The notes beneath the pieces are model-generated. The model had not been told where the DNA came from. It saw only the letters and a list, made by a program, of their open reading frames with translations, and ran no database searches. 64,000 nucleotides of DNA from Candidatus Yanofskybacteria bacterium. GTDB lineage: Bacteria > Patescibacteriota > Minisyncoccia > 2-02-FULL-40-12 > IGHO2-12-FULL-4. The position numbers and the translations under genes were made by a program. Numbering within the stretch: the first letter of the stretch is position 1; each line of letters starts with the position of its first letter. The stretch is taken from the NCBI GenBank assembly GCA_016185525.1, contig JACPNK010000002.1, positions 75,616 to 139,615 on the forward strand, in the 5' to 3' direction. Below, one piece after another: positions 29,377 to 38,540 of this stretch.

Positions 29377-30104
29377 AAAACATAAAAGAATCCAAACCCT
29401 GGAAAGTTGGTAAAAAGGTGAACGACTTCTTACTTCACTGGATTGGTTTTGATTTAATCATCTTCTTCATTTTGGTTGTATTGAGTGCTATCTTTATTTA
29501 TTTTGATCCTCGGTCTGATTTTAATAAACTCGCCGTTTCTTTAATTCTTTTGACAACGGCATTATCACTTATTCAATATACCAAAGAGACACACAGGCTT
29601 AGGCTTTCAAATAAATGGCTCCTCGATAGCAACGATAAATCAAACAGTATAGCAGTAAGGCCGATACTTGCACCACGTTTTTTAGAGACAAATTACGGTA
29701 CTTCTAATTATATTTCGATTAATCTAAAGAATGTAGGAGGAGGGGTTGCGAAGAATATCCACTGGAGTATTAAATCAAATAAAGATTCAGATGTTCTGGC
29801 CGATAAAGATTTGTTTTGGAGGGATTTGAACAAAGACTTATTACCTAAACTTTGGCCTAACTTTGGGTATAGACTAACAATGTTCAAGAAAATGAATTAT
29901 GACAATCTGTGGAAATCCATTCTTGTCGTTAAGTATGATTGGGAATTTGGGAACAACGAAACTGAAACTTTTCCGTTAGACCTAGATTATTACACATCCT
30001 CTGACTTATCCGGAAATGTCTTGGAAATGTTGGACGATGTCTGGGTTCATGGAAAAATTAGAGAAATTGCAATTCAGCGCATTGAATCACAGTCAAAGGA
30101 ATAA
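29373..30104 (+). CDS. Hypothetical membrane protein
   Basis: Two N-terminal TMs, RP.L and LKNVGGGVAKNI; coupled to the REase. Confidence 0.65.
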   Translation: MKNIKESKPWKVGKKVNDFLLHWIGFDLIIFFILVVLSAIFIYFDPRSDFNKLAVSLILLTTALSLIQYTKETHRLRLSNKWLLDSNDKSNSIAVRPILAPRFLETNYGTSNYISINLKNVGGGVAKNIHWSIKSNKDSDVLADKDLFWRDLNKDLLPKLWPNFGYRLTMFKKMNYDNLWKSILVVKYDWEFGNNETETFPLDLDYYTSSDLSGNVLEMLDDVWVHGKIREIAIQRIESQSKE

Positions 30105-30127
30105 GGTAAGTTTATCTTTTATAAGAC

Positions 30128-30358
30128 ATGTATATATTTAAATTTGTCTATTCTAATCTAGGTCTTATCCTAAACACACTAGGTAGTATTTTAGTAGTTG
30201 TATCTATTGGTAAATTTCCAGATGGTTTTGGTGGATCAACGACAAGTAATAAAGGTAGAGAATATCACTTTGCCTATGTAACTAGACCAACGGGTTTGAG
30301 AGCAGGTCTCTTGTTAATAATTCTAGGGTTTATCCTACAGATATTAGAGAAATATTAA
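30128..30358 (+). CDS. Small membrane protein
   Basis: 76 aa, two hydrophobic segments, GFILQ end motif. Confidence 0.55.
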   Translation: MYIFKFVYSNLGLILNTLGSILVVVSIGKFPDGFGGSTTSNKGREYHFAYVTRPTGLRAGLLLIILGFILQILEKY

Positions 30359-30481
30359 TGTTGTATTAAATAGTTTCTAATGTCAGTCAGTGCCCGGCAG
30401 CCATCCTTCGCCAAGGCTTCGGAATGGCTTTGGCAAAACTTATGAAAGCTACGAACGAGCTGACCACGACGGGTCAAGAAT

Positions 30482-30566
30482 GAATACGCCACCCGGGTGG
30501 CGTATTGAGGAGAACGGTATTTGCATTGCCCTTCCGAAATCCGCCAAATGGCAGAAGAAGGAGGGA
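30482..30566 (+). repeat. 85-bp exact direct repeat, copy 1
   Basis: Identical to 32836-32920; includes the palindrome AATACGCCACCCGGGTGGCGTATT. Confidence 0.95.
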
Positions 30567-30632
30567 CACCTTTTCCGGACCAAAGGTCGAAGTCAGATTT
30601 ACGCAGGGTGTTTTAATTGATATACTAGGTCT

Positions 30633-30833
30633 ATGCAAAAAATAGCTACAAAAATTTTCGTCTGGGCGTCCGTCGCTTTCGCCATCATCGGAATGCTGAT
30701 GGTTTTAACCACCTCTCCCACAAGTAACGGTCCGAACGTTATTTTGTTAAAATTTCTGTTCGCGGCTATTATCGTTATTTTGACCTCATTTGCCTTAAGC
30801 ATTGCCGGCAAGTATCTAAACGGTAAGTTTTAG
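30633..30833 (+). CDS. Small two-TM membrane protein
   Basis: 66 aa; TATACT shortly upstream of the ATG. Confidence 0.6.
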   Translation: MQKIATKIFVWASVAFAIIGMLMVLTTSPTSNGPNVILLKFLFAAIIVILTSFALSIAGKYLNGKF

Positions 30834-30971
30834 TTCTAATGTGGCCAAGGAAATTAAATTTGTATAATAAGTTATGCGCATAAACAAATTTTACAAACTA
30901 GTTATTTCAGTTGCGTTGGTCACCGGCGAGAGGCGCGGCATATTTTTCATAGAACAATATGTAAGAATATC

Positions 30972-31598
30972 ATGATAAAAGCATTGATTTTTGATGTTGG
31001 AGGCGTCTTATTTTTAGCTAAAAGCAGAAAAGAAAAAAACCTTTTGTCTTCGTTTAATGAAGCGTGTTTATTGCTGGAGAATTTTGGGATAGATGTGACA
31101 AGCTCTAAAGAAAAACTTACTGGTATTTATAAGAAATCTTCTGGGGGCGATATAACTAGAGAAGAAACACTAGCTCTTATGTCCACAGAGCTGGGAGTAA
31201 CGCAAACGCAGCTAGAAGAATATTTTAGAAGAGTTTATTCAGATAACTCAATAGAGAACAAAGAACTCTATGGCCATATATTAAAATTTAAAAAAGATGG
31301 ACTTAAGATTGGAATTTTATCTACTCAGTTTCATCTATCCAAAGATGTTTTGGTTCCAGCCAAATACTACGAAAACTTTGATGCTTTGGTAATATCATGT
31401 GACGATAAATTGAAAAAACCCGAAGAGAAATCTTTTATATTAATACTCCGGAGGTTGGGCGTAAAACCAGAAGAGACTATTTTTATAGACGATAAGCAAG
31501 AAAATTTGGATATCGCTGAAAAATTAGGAATGAAATCCGTCCTATTTAAAAACAACAAGCAATTTTTCTCTAAGCTAAAAAAGTTTGATATTGAATAA
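30972..31598 (+). CDS. HAD-superfamily phosphatase
   Basis: FDVGGV, KKP, FIDD..ENL..A..LGM. Confidence 0.88.
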   Translation: MIKALIFDVGGVLFLAKSRKEKNLLSSFNEACLLLENFGIDVTSSKEKLTGIYKKSSGGDITREETLALMSTELGVTQTQLEEYFRRVYSDNSIENKELYGHILKFKKDGLKIGILSTQFHLSKDVLVPAKYYENFDALVISCDDKLKKPEEKSFILILRRLGVKPEETIFIDDKQENLDIAEKLGMKSVLFKNNKQFFSKLKKFDIE

Positions 31599-31642
31599 TT
31601 AGGAAAGAAAAGGCACAGTGTAAAATATGATAATTTGCGCTT

Positions 31643-32056
31643 ATGGTGCATAGTTTAAGTTATTTAATGGAAGCAGAAAAAATCCAAGATGGCGACTTGG
31701 AGGGTTTAGGTATTGAAATTAAAGATAGAACAGCTGACGGCGATCGTATGCTTGTTATACCCGATGACCGGTTGCCCCAATACATTGAACTTGTAAAGGA
31801 TAAACTAACCAATGGCTTTTGGAACGAAATAGTGGGCGAAAAGGACATAATTTTCATTTTCAAGTTTCAAGATGGGCATATTGAAGAATATAAGCTGTCT
31901 CCAGAAAACGAGAGGGAAATAGATAAGCTGTGCGCCGAGTTTAATAATGAACCACCAGATAAAACGACAAATGTTTATAAATACATATCAGATAATAAGT
32001 TTTATCACGATTTTATGATGGAGCATTACAAAGATATGATTGAGAGAAAGCTATGA
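31643..32056 (+). CDS. Hypothetical protein
   Basis: 137-aa acidic ORF, GFWNE motif, coupled to the kinase gene. Confidence 0.65.
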   Translation: MVHSLSYLMEAEKIQDGDLEGLGIEIKDRTADGDRMLVIPDDRLPQYIELVKDKLTNGFWNEIVGEKDIIFIFKFQDGHIEEYKLSPENEREIDKLCAEFNNEPPDKTTNVYKYISDNKFYHDFMMEHYKDMIERKL

Positions 32057-32643
32057 AGACCATTTTTATAGGCATTGTTGGTCCATCTGGTTCTGGCAAG
32101 ACAACTCTTTGCAAAAAGCTGAAGTTGTCTAACAAAAATCACGAACACATAAGATTAGATAACTATTTTAAGAACCCTCAGACTTTTCCACTAAAGAACG
32201 GCTTCCGAAACTGGGAAAAACCATCTAACCTTAAATTTGATGTTTTATTGAAGCATTTGAAAGCATTACAAAACGGCAAAGAAGTTCATACAAAATCGTT
32301 TCCCAAGAGAGCAGGAGCTAAACCAACTCCAATAACACTAAAACCTAAACCGATTATCCTTATTGAGGGCTTTATGCTTTTTAAGGACAAGAGGGTGCGA
32401 GATATGCTTGATGTTAAGATTTACCTGGAAATACATCCCGAACTGATGCTTAAACGCCGAGCTATTAGATTCGGAGAAGCTCATATAACCGACTATGATA
32501 CTAAAGTTGCCATTCCAGAATTTTTGAAACACGGCACTACCCAAAAGAAATATGCCGATTATGTGGTTGATGCCACAAGGTCACAACCCCAAGTAATTAA
32601 AGAGGTTCAAAAAATAATTAACCAAAACCTTACCAACTTCTAA
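32053..32643 (+). CDS. udk: Uridine/nicotinamide-riboside kinase family protein
   Basis: IGIVGPSGSGKTT, LDNYF, NWEKP, IEG, KKYAD. Confidence 0.75.
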   Translation: MKTIFIGIVGPSGSGKTTLCKKLKLSNKNHEHIRLDNYFKNPQTFPLKNGFRNWEKPSNLKFDVLLKHLKALQNGKEVHTKSFPKRAGAKPTPITLKPKPIILIEGFMLFKDKRVRDMLDVKIYLEIHPELMLKRRAIRFGEAHITDYDTKVAIPEFLKHGTTQKKYADYVVDATRSQPQVIKEVQKIINQNLTNF

Positions 32644-32654
32644 CAAATCCAAAC

Positions 32655-33005
32655 GGCAGGTACAATTCTATACCTGCCAGTCGGGCACCGAATGGTACCC
32701 GATGATGAAGGGCCGGTTATGCCCATAATTGAGGTTCTAATATCGTCCAAGAAACGCAGCAGTCCCGTGACAGGCTTTGCCCGTCCATAGCCCCTTGACG
32801 AAGGAGGGTTCTTGCGACCACGACCTGTCAAAAACGAATACGCCACCCGGGTGGCGTATTGAGGAGAACGGTATTTGCATTGCCCTTCCGAAATCCGCCA
32901 AATGGCAGAAGAAGGAGGGATGTTTTTCAATTCAACGATGGGGGATGGGGGCAACCGGCCCAGCAACAAGAACGGCGTTTTCCGGACCGTAGCATAAAGC
33001 GGGCC
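32655..33005. other. GC-rich structured non-coding element containing repeat copy 2
   Basis: Hairpins GGCAGGTA/TACCTGCC and TCGGG/CCCGA; long-range GGGCCGGTT/AACCGGCCC and TGACAGG/CCTGTCA; no credible ORF. Confidence 0.55.
32836..32920 (+). repeat. 85-bp exact direct repeat, copy 2
   Basis: Identical to 30482-30566. Confidence 0.95.
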
Positions 33006-33052
33006 TGTGGATAATCGTTGACTTTAATTGTTTAGGTATGATAGTATATGAG

Positions 33053-33140
33053 TGTGCTTGTGGGCGAAAGCCCCGTTCAGCTAAGGAACACCTAAGCTGA
33101 AGGCAGGCACAACAAAAACACCGCTTTAAGCGGTATTTTT
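33053..33140 (+). ncRNA. Candidate small RNA (three-way junction plus terminator)
   Basis: TTGACT (33018) and TG-A-TAGTAT (33039-33047) upstream; P1 GTGCTTG/CAGGCAC, P2 GGGC-GAAA-GCCC, P3 TTCAGCTAAGG/CCTAAGCTGAA; terminator 33114-33140. Confidence 0.55.
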
Positions 33141-33141
33141 G

Positions 33142-33603
33142 TTACTCATCTTCAATTCCTTCAGTAAAAAGCTTCTGGCCATTTTTAAGCTTAGAGTATG
33201 GCATTACACTCCAAAATATAATATTGCCATCACCAACCCTTCTCAATACTGTTCTTATCTTAATTTGATTTTCTCCGACTATAGCCACAAATCCCCAGTA
33301 GGCAATGTTCTTTGTTTTTGAAAAACCGTCCCTTCCCTTCTTTCCAATTTCTACTAAACCTCTCCTAAACTCCTGCAATGTTCCGGCGTTTTTAATAATC
33401 TGAATAGCCAACGGTAATAAACTAAATTTCAGTAGCTGTTCCTTTTTGTCTCTTTCTCTTCGTGCTGAGAACTGGAGATGGTGAAATCCATCAGAATTGA
33501 AGATAACCTGACTTTTAAGATAAGGATTGGAAATGCTCTTTTGCTTGTTATATATTGTTCTTGCCTTTTCTTTTCGTTGATTGAAATATTCAACATCATC
33601 CAT
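33142..33603 (-). CDS. Putative BECR-fold (Barnase/EndoU/Colicin/RelE-like) nuclease
   Basis: 153 aa, basic; V.FNSDGFHHL, terminal beta-strand run IKIRTVLRRVGDGNIIFWSVMP. Fold call is an inference. Confidence 0.55.
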   Translation of the reverse strand: MDDVEYFNQRKEKARTIYNKQKSISNPYLKSQVIFNSDGFHHLQFSARRERDKKEQLLKFSLLPLAIQIIKNAGTLQEFRRGLVEIGKKGRDGFSKTKNIAYWGFVAIVGENQIKIRTVLRRVGDGNIIFWSVMPYSKLKNGQKLFTEGIEDE

Positions 33604-33730
33604 ATCTAAGGATATTAGCTTATTTTATCTAAAACACAACCAATCGTACCACTAAAGAAAGAATATTCTTGACTTGAAAAAGAAGGTTTTTGGTTTCGGC
33701 TTAATTTTTGTTAGAATAGACGCGTCCCAC

Positions 33731-35029
33731 ATGAATGAAAACAAAAACTACTGGTGGAAAGATGCCATAATCTACGAAGTTTATGTAGATAAATTTGCGG
33801 ATAATTTCAGGGGGCTGACTGAAAAATTAAATTATCTGTCGGATTTGGGTATTAACTGCATCTGGCTTTTGCCGCATTTTCCGTCGCCGATGGTAGACGA
33901 CGGATATGATGTTTCCGATTATTATAATGTAAGAAACAGCCTTGGAAGTCTTGATGATTTTGAGGTTTTTATAAAAGCGGCGCATGCCAGGGGAATAAGA
34001 GTTATAATTGACTTAGTCTTGAATCATTTTTCAACAGAGCATCCTTGGTTTAAGGAAGCAAGGCATTCCGTTGATAACTCTAAAAGAAATTACTTTATCT
34101 GGAGTAAAAACGCAGAAGGACTTCGCGGTTCTTTTAATCCTTTCTTCCACTTGACACCGGGCAATTGGATATATAATCCCAAGACGGACGACTATTATTA
34201 CGCTTCATTTTTTGCGGAGCAGGCGGATTTGAATTGGGATAACCCGGATGTTTTTGGGGAGGTTATAAAAATTATAAATTTTTGGGCCGGACTTGGCGTT
34301 GACGGTTTCCGTCTTGATGCTGTAGCTCACCTGATCAAAAGGGAAGGAACGTTTTCCCTGCACCAACCAAGGGTTCATGACATTCTGAAAGATATTAGAA
34401 AATACATGGATAACAACTATCCGGGCGTGATTATGCTGGCTGAAGCCGGCGGGAAGATTGAACAAATCATACAATATTTCGGCAAGGGCGATGAGTGCCA
34501 CATGGCTTTTAACTTTCCACTGATGTCTAATATTTATTTGGCCGTTAAGAGGAATGACACAAAACTTCTCGAGGGACTTGTGAAGAATTCTTCAGGTATT
34601 CCAGACAACTGTCAATGGGCTACTTTTGTAAGCAACCACGACGAAATTACTCTGGCTTCACTGGAAGAAACGATACGAGATGAAGTCACCGCTTGGCTTG
34701 ATCCGAAGGGAGAATTTTCGTTCAGAGGCGGGCGGGGCGTTTCTATGCGTTTGGCTTCGATTTTTAAGAACAATCCTGATTTGATTGTTTTTATTTTGAG
34801 CTTGTTATTCAGTCTGCCCGGCGCGCCGGTAATTTATTACGGTTCGGAGATAGGTATGAAAAATCTTGCGCTGGAGAATGAGTTTGTTGACAGCCGCCGT
34901 TATGTAAGAGGACAATTTGACTGGCTTCAGGCTGAAGAACAGATGCGCGACTCTAATTCGTTGTTAAACAAAGTTAAAGAGATTATTCGACAACGCAAAG
35001 AGAGACAAACCGGAGTGAAAAGTTCTTAA
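33731..35029 (+). CDS. GH13 alpha-amylase family, trehalose synthase (TreS)-like
   Basis: DDGYDVSDY, DLVLNH, GFRLDAV, LAEA, NHDE. Confidence 0.88.
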   Translation: MNENKNYWWKDAIIYEVYVDKFADNFRGLTEKLNYLSDLGINCIWLLPHFPSPMVDDGYDVSDYYNVRNSLGSLDDFEVFIKAAHARGIRVIIDLVLNHFSTEHPWFKEARHSVDNSKRNYFIWSKNAEGLRGSFNPFFHLTPGNWIYNPKTDDYYYASFFAEQADLNWDNPDVFGEVIKIINFWAGLGVDGFRLDAVAHLIKREGTFSLHQPRVHDILKDIRKYMDNNYPGVIMLAEAGGKIEQIIQYFGKGDECHMAFNFPLMSNIYLAVKRNDTKLLEGLVKNSSGIPDNCQWATFVSNHDEITLASLEETIRDEVTAWLDPKGEFSFRGGRGVSMRLASIFKNNPDLIVFILSLLFSLPGAPVIYYGSEIGMKNLALENEFVDSRRYVRGQFDWLQAEEQMRDSNSLLNKVKEIIRQRKERQTGVKSS

Positions 35030-35033
35030 ACTA

Positions 35034-36545
35034 TTATTCGCCAGAGATACTACTTTGATGTTTGTTGATTGCCGAGTGGCATAATTTAACGTAATCTTTG
35101 GCAGATTTTTTCCAGGAGAAATCCTGCGACATCACTCTTTTTATAAGACTACTCCATTCTTTTTTATTTCTATACGCTTGCCAGGCCCGAACAATAGCTA
35201 TAAGAAAAGCGTAAGAGTTGTATTTCTCAAAAACAAATCCGGTACCATGATCAATGCCCGGGTAATAGTCGGTGACAGTATCAGCCAATCCGCCGGTTTT
35301 TCTGACGATCGGGATGGCGCCGTAACGCATTGCCTCCATCTGCACCAAACCGGATGGCTCAAAGCGCGAAGGTATCAAGACCGCGTCCGCTCCGGAGAAG
35401 ACCAGTTTGGGTAGCTTCTCGTCGAAAAACGGATGGACGGCCACGCGCGCGGGATATTTTTCTTGCAATTCTTTGAAAGCGGTCCGATACTTGGTATCGC
35501 CGGTTCCCACTATGACCAGTTGGAAATCCAGGTTGTCAAAAAGAGACGGCGCTATCTCTTGGAGCAAATCAACGCCTTTTTGTTCAGTAAGTCTGTTGAC
35601 AAAACCCATGACGAAAATTTTGTCGTCTTCCGGCAGTCCAAAACTTTTCTGCAAGGCAACTTTGTTGTGGTAACGTCCGGCCAGCGCGCTTCGGCTGTAG
35701 TGCGCCGGGATATCCGGGTCCGTTTCAGGATTAAACCCTTCATTGTCTATGCCGTTTAAAGTTCCAAAAAGCGCGTCGCGTTTCTCCCGTAAAATTTCTT
35801 CCAGTTTTTCTCCAAACTCCGGCGTGAGAATTTCTTTGGCGTAAGTCGGCGAGACGGTATTTATAATGTCAGCGTACAGGATGCCCCGGCGCGCGCCATT
35901 AAGTTTCAAAATATGCGGGTCGTTAAAATCCGGTATCGGTCCTTGCCCGGAGTCGGCTTCCAGTTCTGGCACAAAATGCGGGTCAAACATGCCTTGGAAT
36001 TTTAAATTATGGATCACAAATATGGTCGCGATTTTGGATAGGACAGGGTCATCCTTAAACTCCGTTTTAATTAAGTTGGGGATGAACCCGGTTTGCCAGT
36101 CGCTGGCGATGATAACATCCGGTTTCCAGTCCGATCTTCTGATGAACTCTAATGCTCCTTTCGAGAGCAGAACCCAGCGGATCGTGTCGTCGCCGTAACT
36201 GTAAGTGTTGGCTCTTTTTTCGTAGTATTCCATATTTTCCAGGAAATAGGCGGTGATGCCGGACTCTTTGTCCAGATGTTTCAAAACGTTTGACACCAGC
36301 AGTCCGTGCGGGTCTTTTTCGTTGGGCGCAATATCCAATTCGCCGATCTCCAGTTCCATGGGGAATTTATCCGCCTCAATTTTTGCGTATTTGGGGATAA
36401 ACAGCCGGGCGTCATGACCCAACTCTTTCATTGCTCTGGGCAAAGAACGCATAACTTCTCCCAGTCCGCCGACTTTGATAAACGGGGCGGCTTCAGCGGC
36501 GACGAAAAGAATCTTTAGTTTTTTTATTTTTGTCAGATTGTTCAT
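35034..36545 (-). CDS. glgA: Glycogen synthase
   Basis: KVGGL, TVSPTYA, NGID, RLTEQKG, PSRFEPSGL, TGGLADTV. Confidence 0.93.
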   Translation of the reverse strand: MNNLTKIKKLKILFVAAEAAPFIKVGGLGEVMRSLPRAMKELGHDARLFIPKYAKIEADKFPMELEIGELDIAPNEKDPHGLLVSNVLKHLDKESGITAYFLENMEYYEKRANTYSYGDDTIRWVLLSKGALEFIRRSDWKPDVIIASDWQTGFIPNLIKTEFKDDPVLSKIATIFVIHNLKFQGMFDPHFVPELEADSGQGPIPDFNDPHILKLNGARRGILYADIINTVSPTYAKEILTPEFGEKLEEILREKRDALFGTLNGIDNEGFNPETDPDIPAHYSRSALAGRYHNKVALQKSFGLPEDDKIFVMGFVNRLTEQKGVDLLQEIAPSLFDNLDFQLVIVGTGDTKYRTAFKELQEKYPARVAVHPFFDEKLPKLVFSGADAVLIPSRFEPSGLVQMEAMRYGAIPIVRKTGGLADTVTDYYPGIDHGTGFVFEKYNSYAFLIAIVRAWQAYRNKKEWSSLIKRVMSQDFSWKKSAKDYVKLCHSAINKHQSSISGE

Positions 36546-36634
36546 GATTATAATCATAGCATAAGTTAAGCGGATTAGCCATAAAATTTGGTGTTTTTTT
36601 ATTCTCTGATAAAATAAGAGGCATAGACAAACAC

Positions 36635-37177
36635 ATGAACAACAATTTGGTGAGAGATTTGGCGCTTATAATCTTTAGCATTTTTATTGCCGTTATTCTT
36701 GCTAAAACCGGCATCCTTAAGGATCTAATTACTTCAACTCAAGAAGTGAGGTTTGTCGGCAGTTTTGTCGCCGGCATTTTATTCGTCTCTGTTTTTACCG
36801 CTGCTCCCGCCACCGTAGCTCTTGGAGAAATAGCTCAATCAAATTCTGTCATTACGGTAGCTATTATTGGCGGATTGGGCGCTTTAATCGGAGACCTCCT
36901 AATTTTTAGGTTTGTAAGAGACAGAGTTTACCAAGATTTTACTTATCTGGTTAAGGTATCGAAGTCGGAAAGACTCGTTTCCATTTTTAAATTAAAACTT
37001 TTTAGATTGCTCATTCCTTTTATCGGGGCTTTGATAGTCGCTTCTCCCTTGCCGGATGAGGTGGGGTTGGCGATGCTAGGATTATCAAGAATAAAAACCT
37101 CCGTGTTTATCCCGCTGTCTTTTTTGCTTAACTCTGCCGGGATTTTAATTATTGGTTTAATTGCTAAGACACTATGA
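36635..37177 (+). CDS. Membrane protein (DedA/VTT-like)
   Basis: GALIGDLLIFRF and SPLPDE; several TMs. Confidence 0.65.
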   Translation: MNNNLVRDLALIIFSIFIAVILAKTGILKDLITSTQEVRFVGSFVAGILFVSVFTAAPATVALGEIAQSNSVITVAIIGGLGALIGDLLIFRFVRDRVYQDFTYLVKVSKSERLVSIFKLKLFRLLIPFIGALIVASPLPDEVGLAMLGLSRIKTSVFIPLSFLLNSAGILIIGLIAKTL

Positions 37178-37316
37178 TTCAGAAAACTGCAGTGGAACAA
37201 CCCCATTGCCTTTTAGTTAGCTTCTGGGGGTTGCGCTGGTCGCCCTGATAAACATTATAGCGGTTGAGTTTGGAAAAAGAATTTTCCGAAGCAAAAGATC
37301 ATTGAAACAGACTTAA
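37174..37316 (+). pseudogene. Remnant resembling the C-terminus of a cation-transporting P-type ATPase
   Basis: GTTPLPFS*LLGVALVALINIIAVEFGKRIF in 37191-37316, preceded by an orphan out-of-frame ATG at 37174. Confidence 0.45.
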
Positions 37317-37356
37317 GTTTGCAAAAAATAAACTTTCTGGTATAATTAAAAATAGT

Positions 37357-38103
37357 ATGTCAGAAGAAAATCTTACTAAAAAAGAAATATATGATCTCAA
37401 GAAAAGCGAAGCAGATAGAGAACATGCTAACGCCTCAAAGACCCGTAAAGCAAAAAGGGTCTTAATGTGGGTTGGGGTTCTTATTTTGCTTATCGGAGCG
37501 GTATGGGGGATGGTGAAACTTTCAGACAAGCCTTCTGATACCGGCCAAGCAATGGTTCTTAGCTCTGTTTTATCAGATGACTGGATAAAGGGAGACAAAG
37601 AGACAAAAGTGATTCTTATTGAATATGGGGATTTTCAATGTCCCGCTTGCGCCGCTTACCATCCTTTGGTGGAAAAACTTATTGCTGAACATGGCAAGGA
37701 CTTTCAATTCGTGTACAGACACTTTCCTCTACAGCAACACGCAAATGCCAAGCCAGCCGCTTACGCGTCTGAAGCCGCCGGCAAACAGGGAAAGTTCTGG
37801 GAAATGTACAACTTAATCTATCCCCGCCAGAATGACTGGTCTGAAAAGAAAAACGCCGATGATATATTTTTGGAATACGCCGGTTCTTTGGGTTTAAATC
37901 TTGACCAGTTTAAAAAAGACAGAGACTCTCAAGAAGCAAAAGATAAAGTTAAGAAAGATTATGATTCCGGCATTGCAAACAAAGTAAATGCTACCCCGAC
38001 ATTCTTCCTGAATGGCAAAAAAATCCAGCCTCAAAGTTACGAAGAATTTGCAAATTTTATTAAACAAGCGCAACCGGCTGAAAATACAACCCCTACTCAA
38101 TGA
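37357..38103 (+). CDS. DsbA-family thioredoxin-fold oxidoreductase
   Basis: EYGDFQCPAC, RHFPL, VNATPTFFLNG. Confidence 0.92.
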   Translation: MSEENLTKKEIYDLKKSEADREHANASKTRKAKRVLMWVGVLILLIGAVWGMVKLSDKPSDTGQAMVLSSVLSDDWIKGDKETKVILIEYGDFQCPACAAYHPLVEKLIAEHGKDFQFVYRHFPLQQHANAKPAAYASEAAGKQGKFWEMYNLIYPRQNDWSEKKNADDIFLEYAGSLGLNLDQFKKDRDSQEAKDKVKKDYDSGIANKVNATPTFFLNGKKIQPQSYEEFANFIKQAQPAENTTPTQ

Positions 38104-38540
38104 GCAGAACATCCAAATGGCTTCTGGCCGGTTTTGCTGTTTTCAGCTTAATCGGTTTTCTTGATGCTGTCTATTTAACCGTTCAACACTATAATAACGG
38201 CATTTTGCCATGCCTTATTTTTTCAGGCTGTGACAAAGTAACTTCCAGTAGTTACGCCAAAGTTGCCGGTATTCCGGTTTCTCTTTTGGGAGCAGGTTAT
38301 TATTTTATAGTCCTCGTTTCTACAATTTTATATTTTGATACGGGCAACAAAAAGGTTTTGGAAATATTAAAGAATCTGCCAATTGCCGGTTTTGCGGCTA
38401 CGCTCTGGTTTTTGTTTCTTCAATTTTTTATTATAAAAGCCATTTGTTTTTACTGTGTTGTTTCGGCAATCATCTCAACAGCGCTTTTTGTTCTGGCGAT
38501 ACTTATAAGAAAAACTGGCCGAGTTGCTTACAATGATTAA
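38100..38540 (+). CDS. VKOR family disulfide-bond formation protein
   Basis: Loop cysteines C-x5-C, SSYA, CFYC. Confidence 0.9.
   Translation: MSRTSKWLLAGFAVFSLIGFLDAVYLTVQHYNNGILPCLIFSGCDKVTSSSYAKVAGIPVSLLGAGYYFIVLVSTILYFDTGNKKVLEILKNLPIAGFAATLWFLFLQFFIIKAICFYCVVSAIISTALFVLAILIRKTGRVAYND

Larger units (their letters stand above)
27819..30403. mobile_element. Island integrated in the 3' end of tRNA-Gln (no integrase seen)
   Basis: Direct repeat GCCCGGCAGC at 27819-27828 and 30392-30401; the distal copy reads GCCCGGCAG-CCA. Confidence 0.65.

Noticed and set aside
30482-32920. DGR template/variable repeat pair or retron
   Set aside because: The 85-bp copies are identical with no adenine-specific mismatches, neither lies in a credible gene, and no reverse transcriptase is present.
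32655-33005. RNase P RNA, tmRNA, group I/II intron, or the track ORFs 30390..30620, 32640..32969 and 32777..32992
   Set aside because: Hallmark motifs were not found on either strand; the ORFs are translations of palindromic repeat DNA.
33053-33110. Hammerhead ribozyme, SRP RNA, c-di-GMP riboswitch or GAAA/11-nt receptor pair
   Set aside because: No CUGANGA core or SRP loop, no downstream sense gene, and the CCUAAG/UAAGG register fits a plain hairpin better than a receptor.
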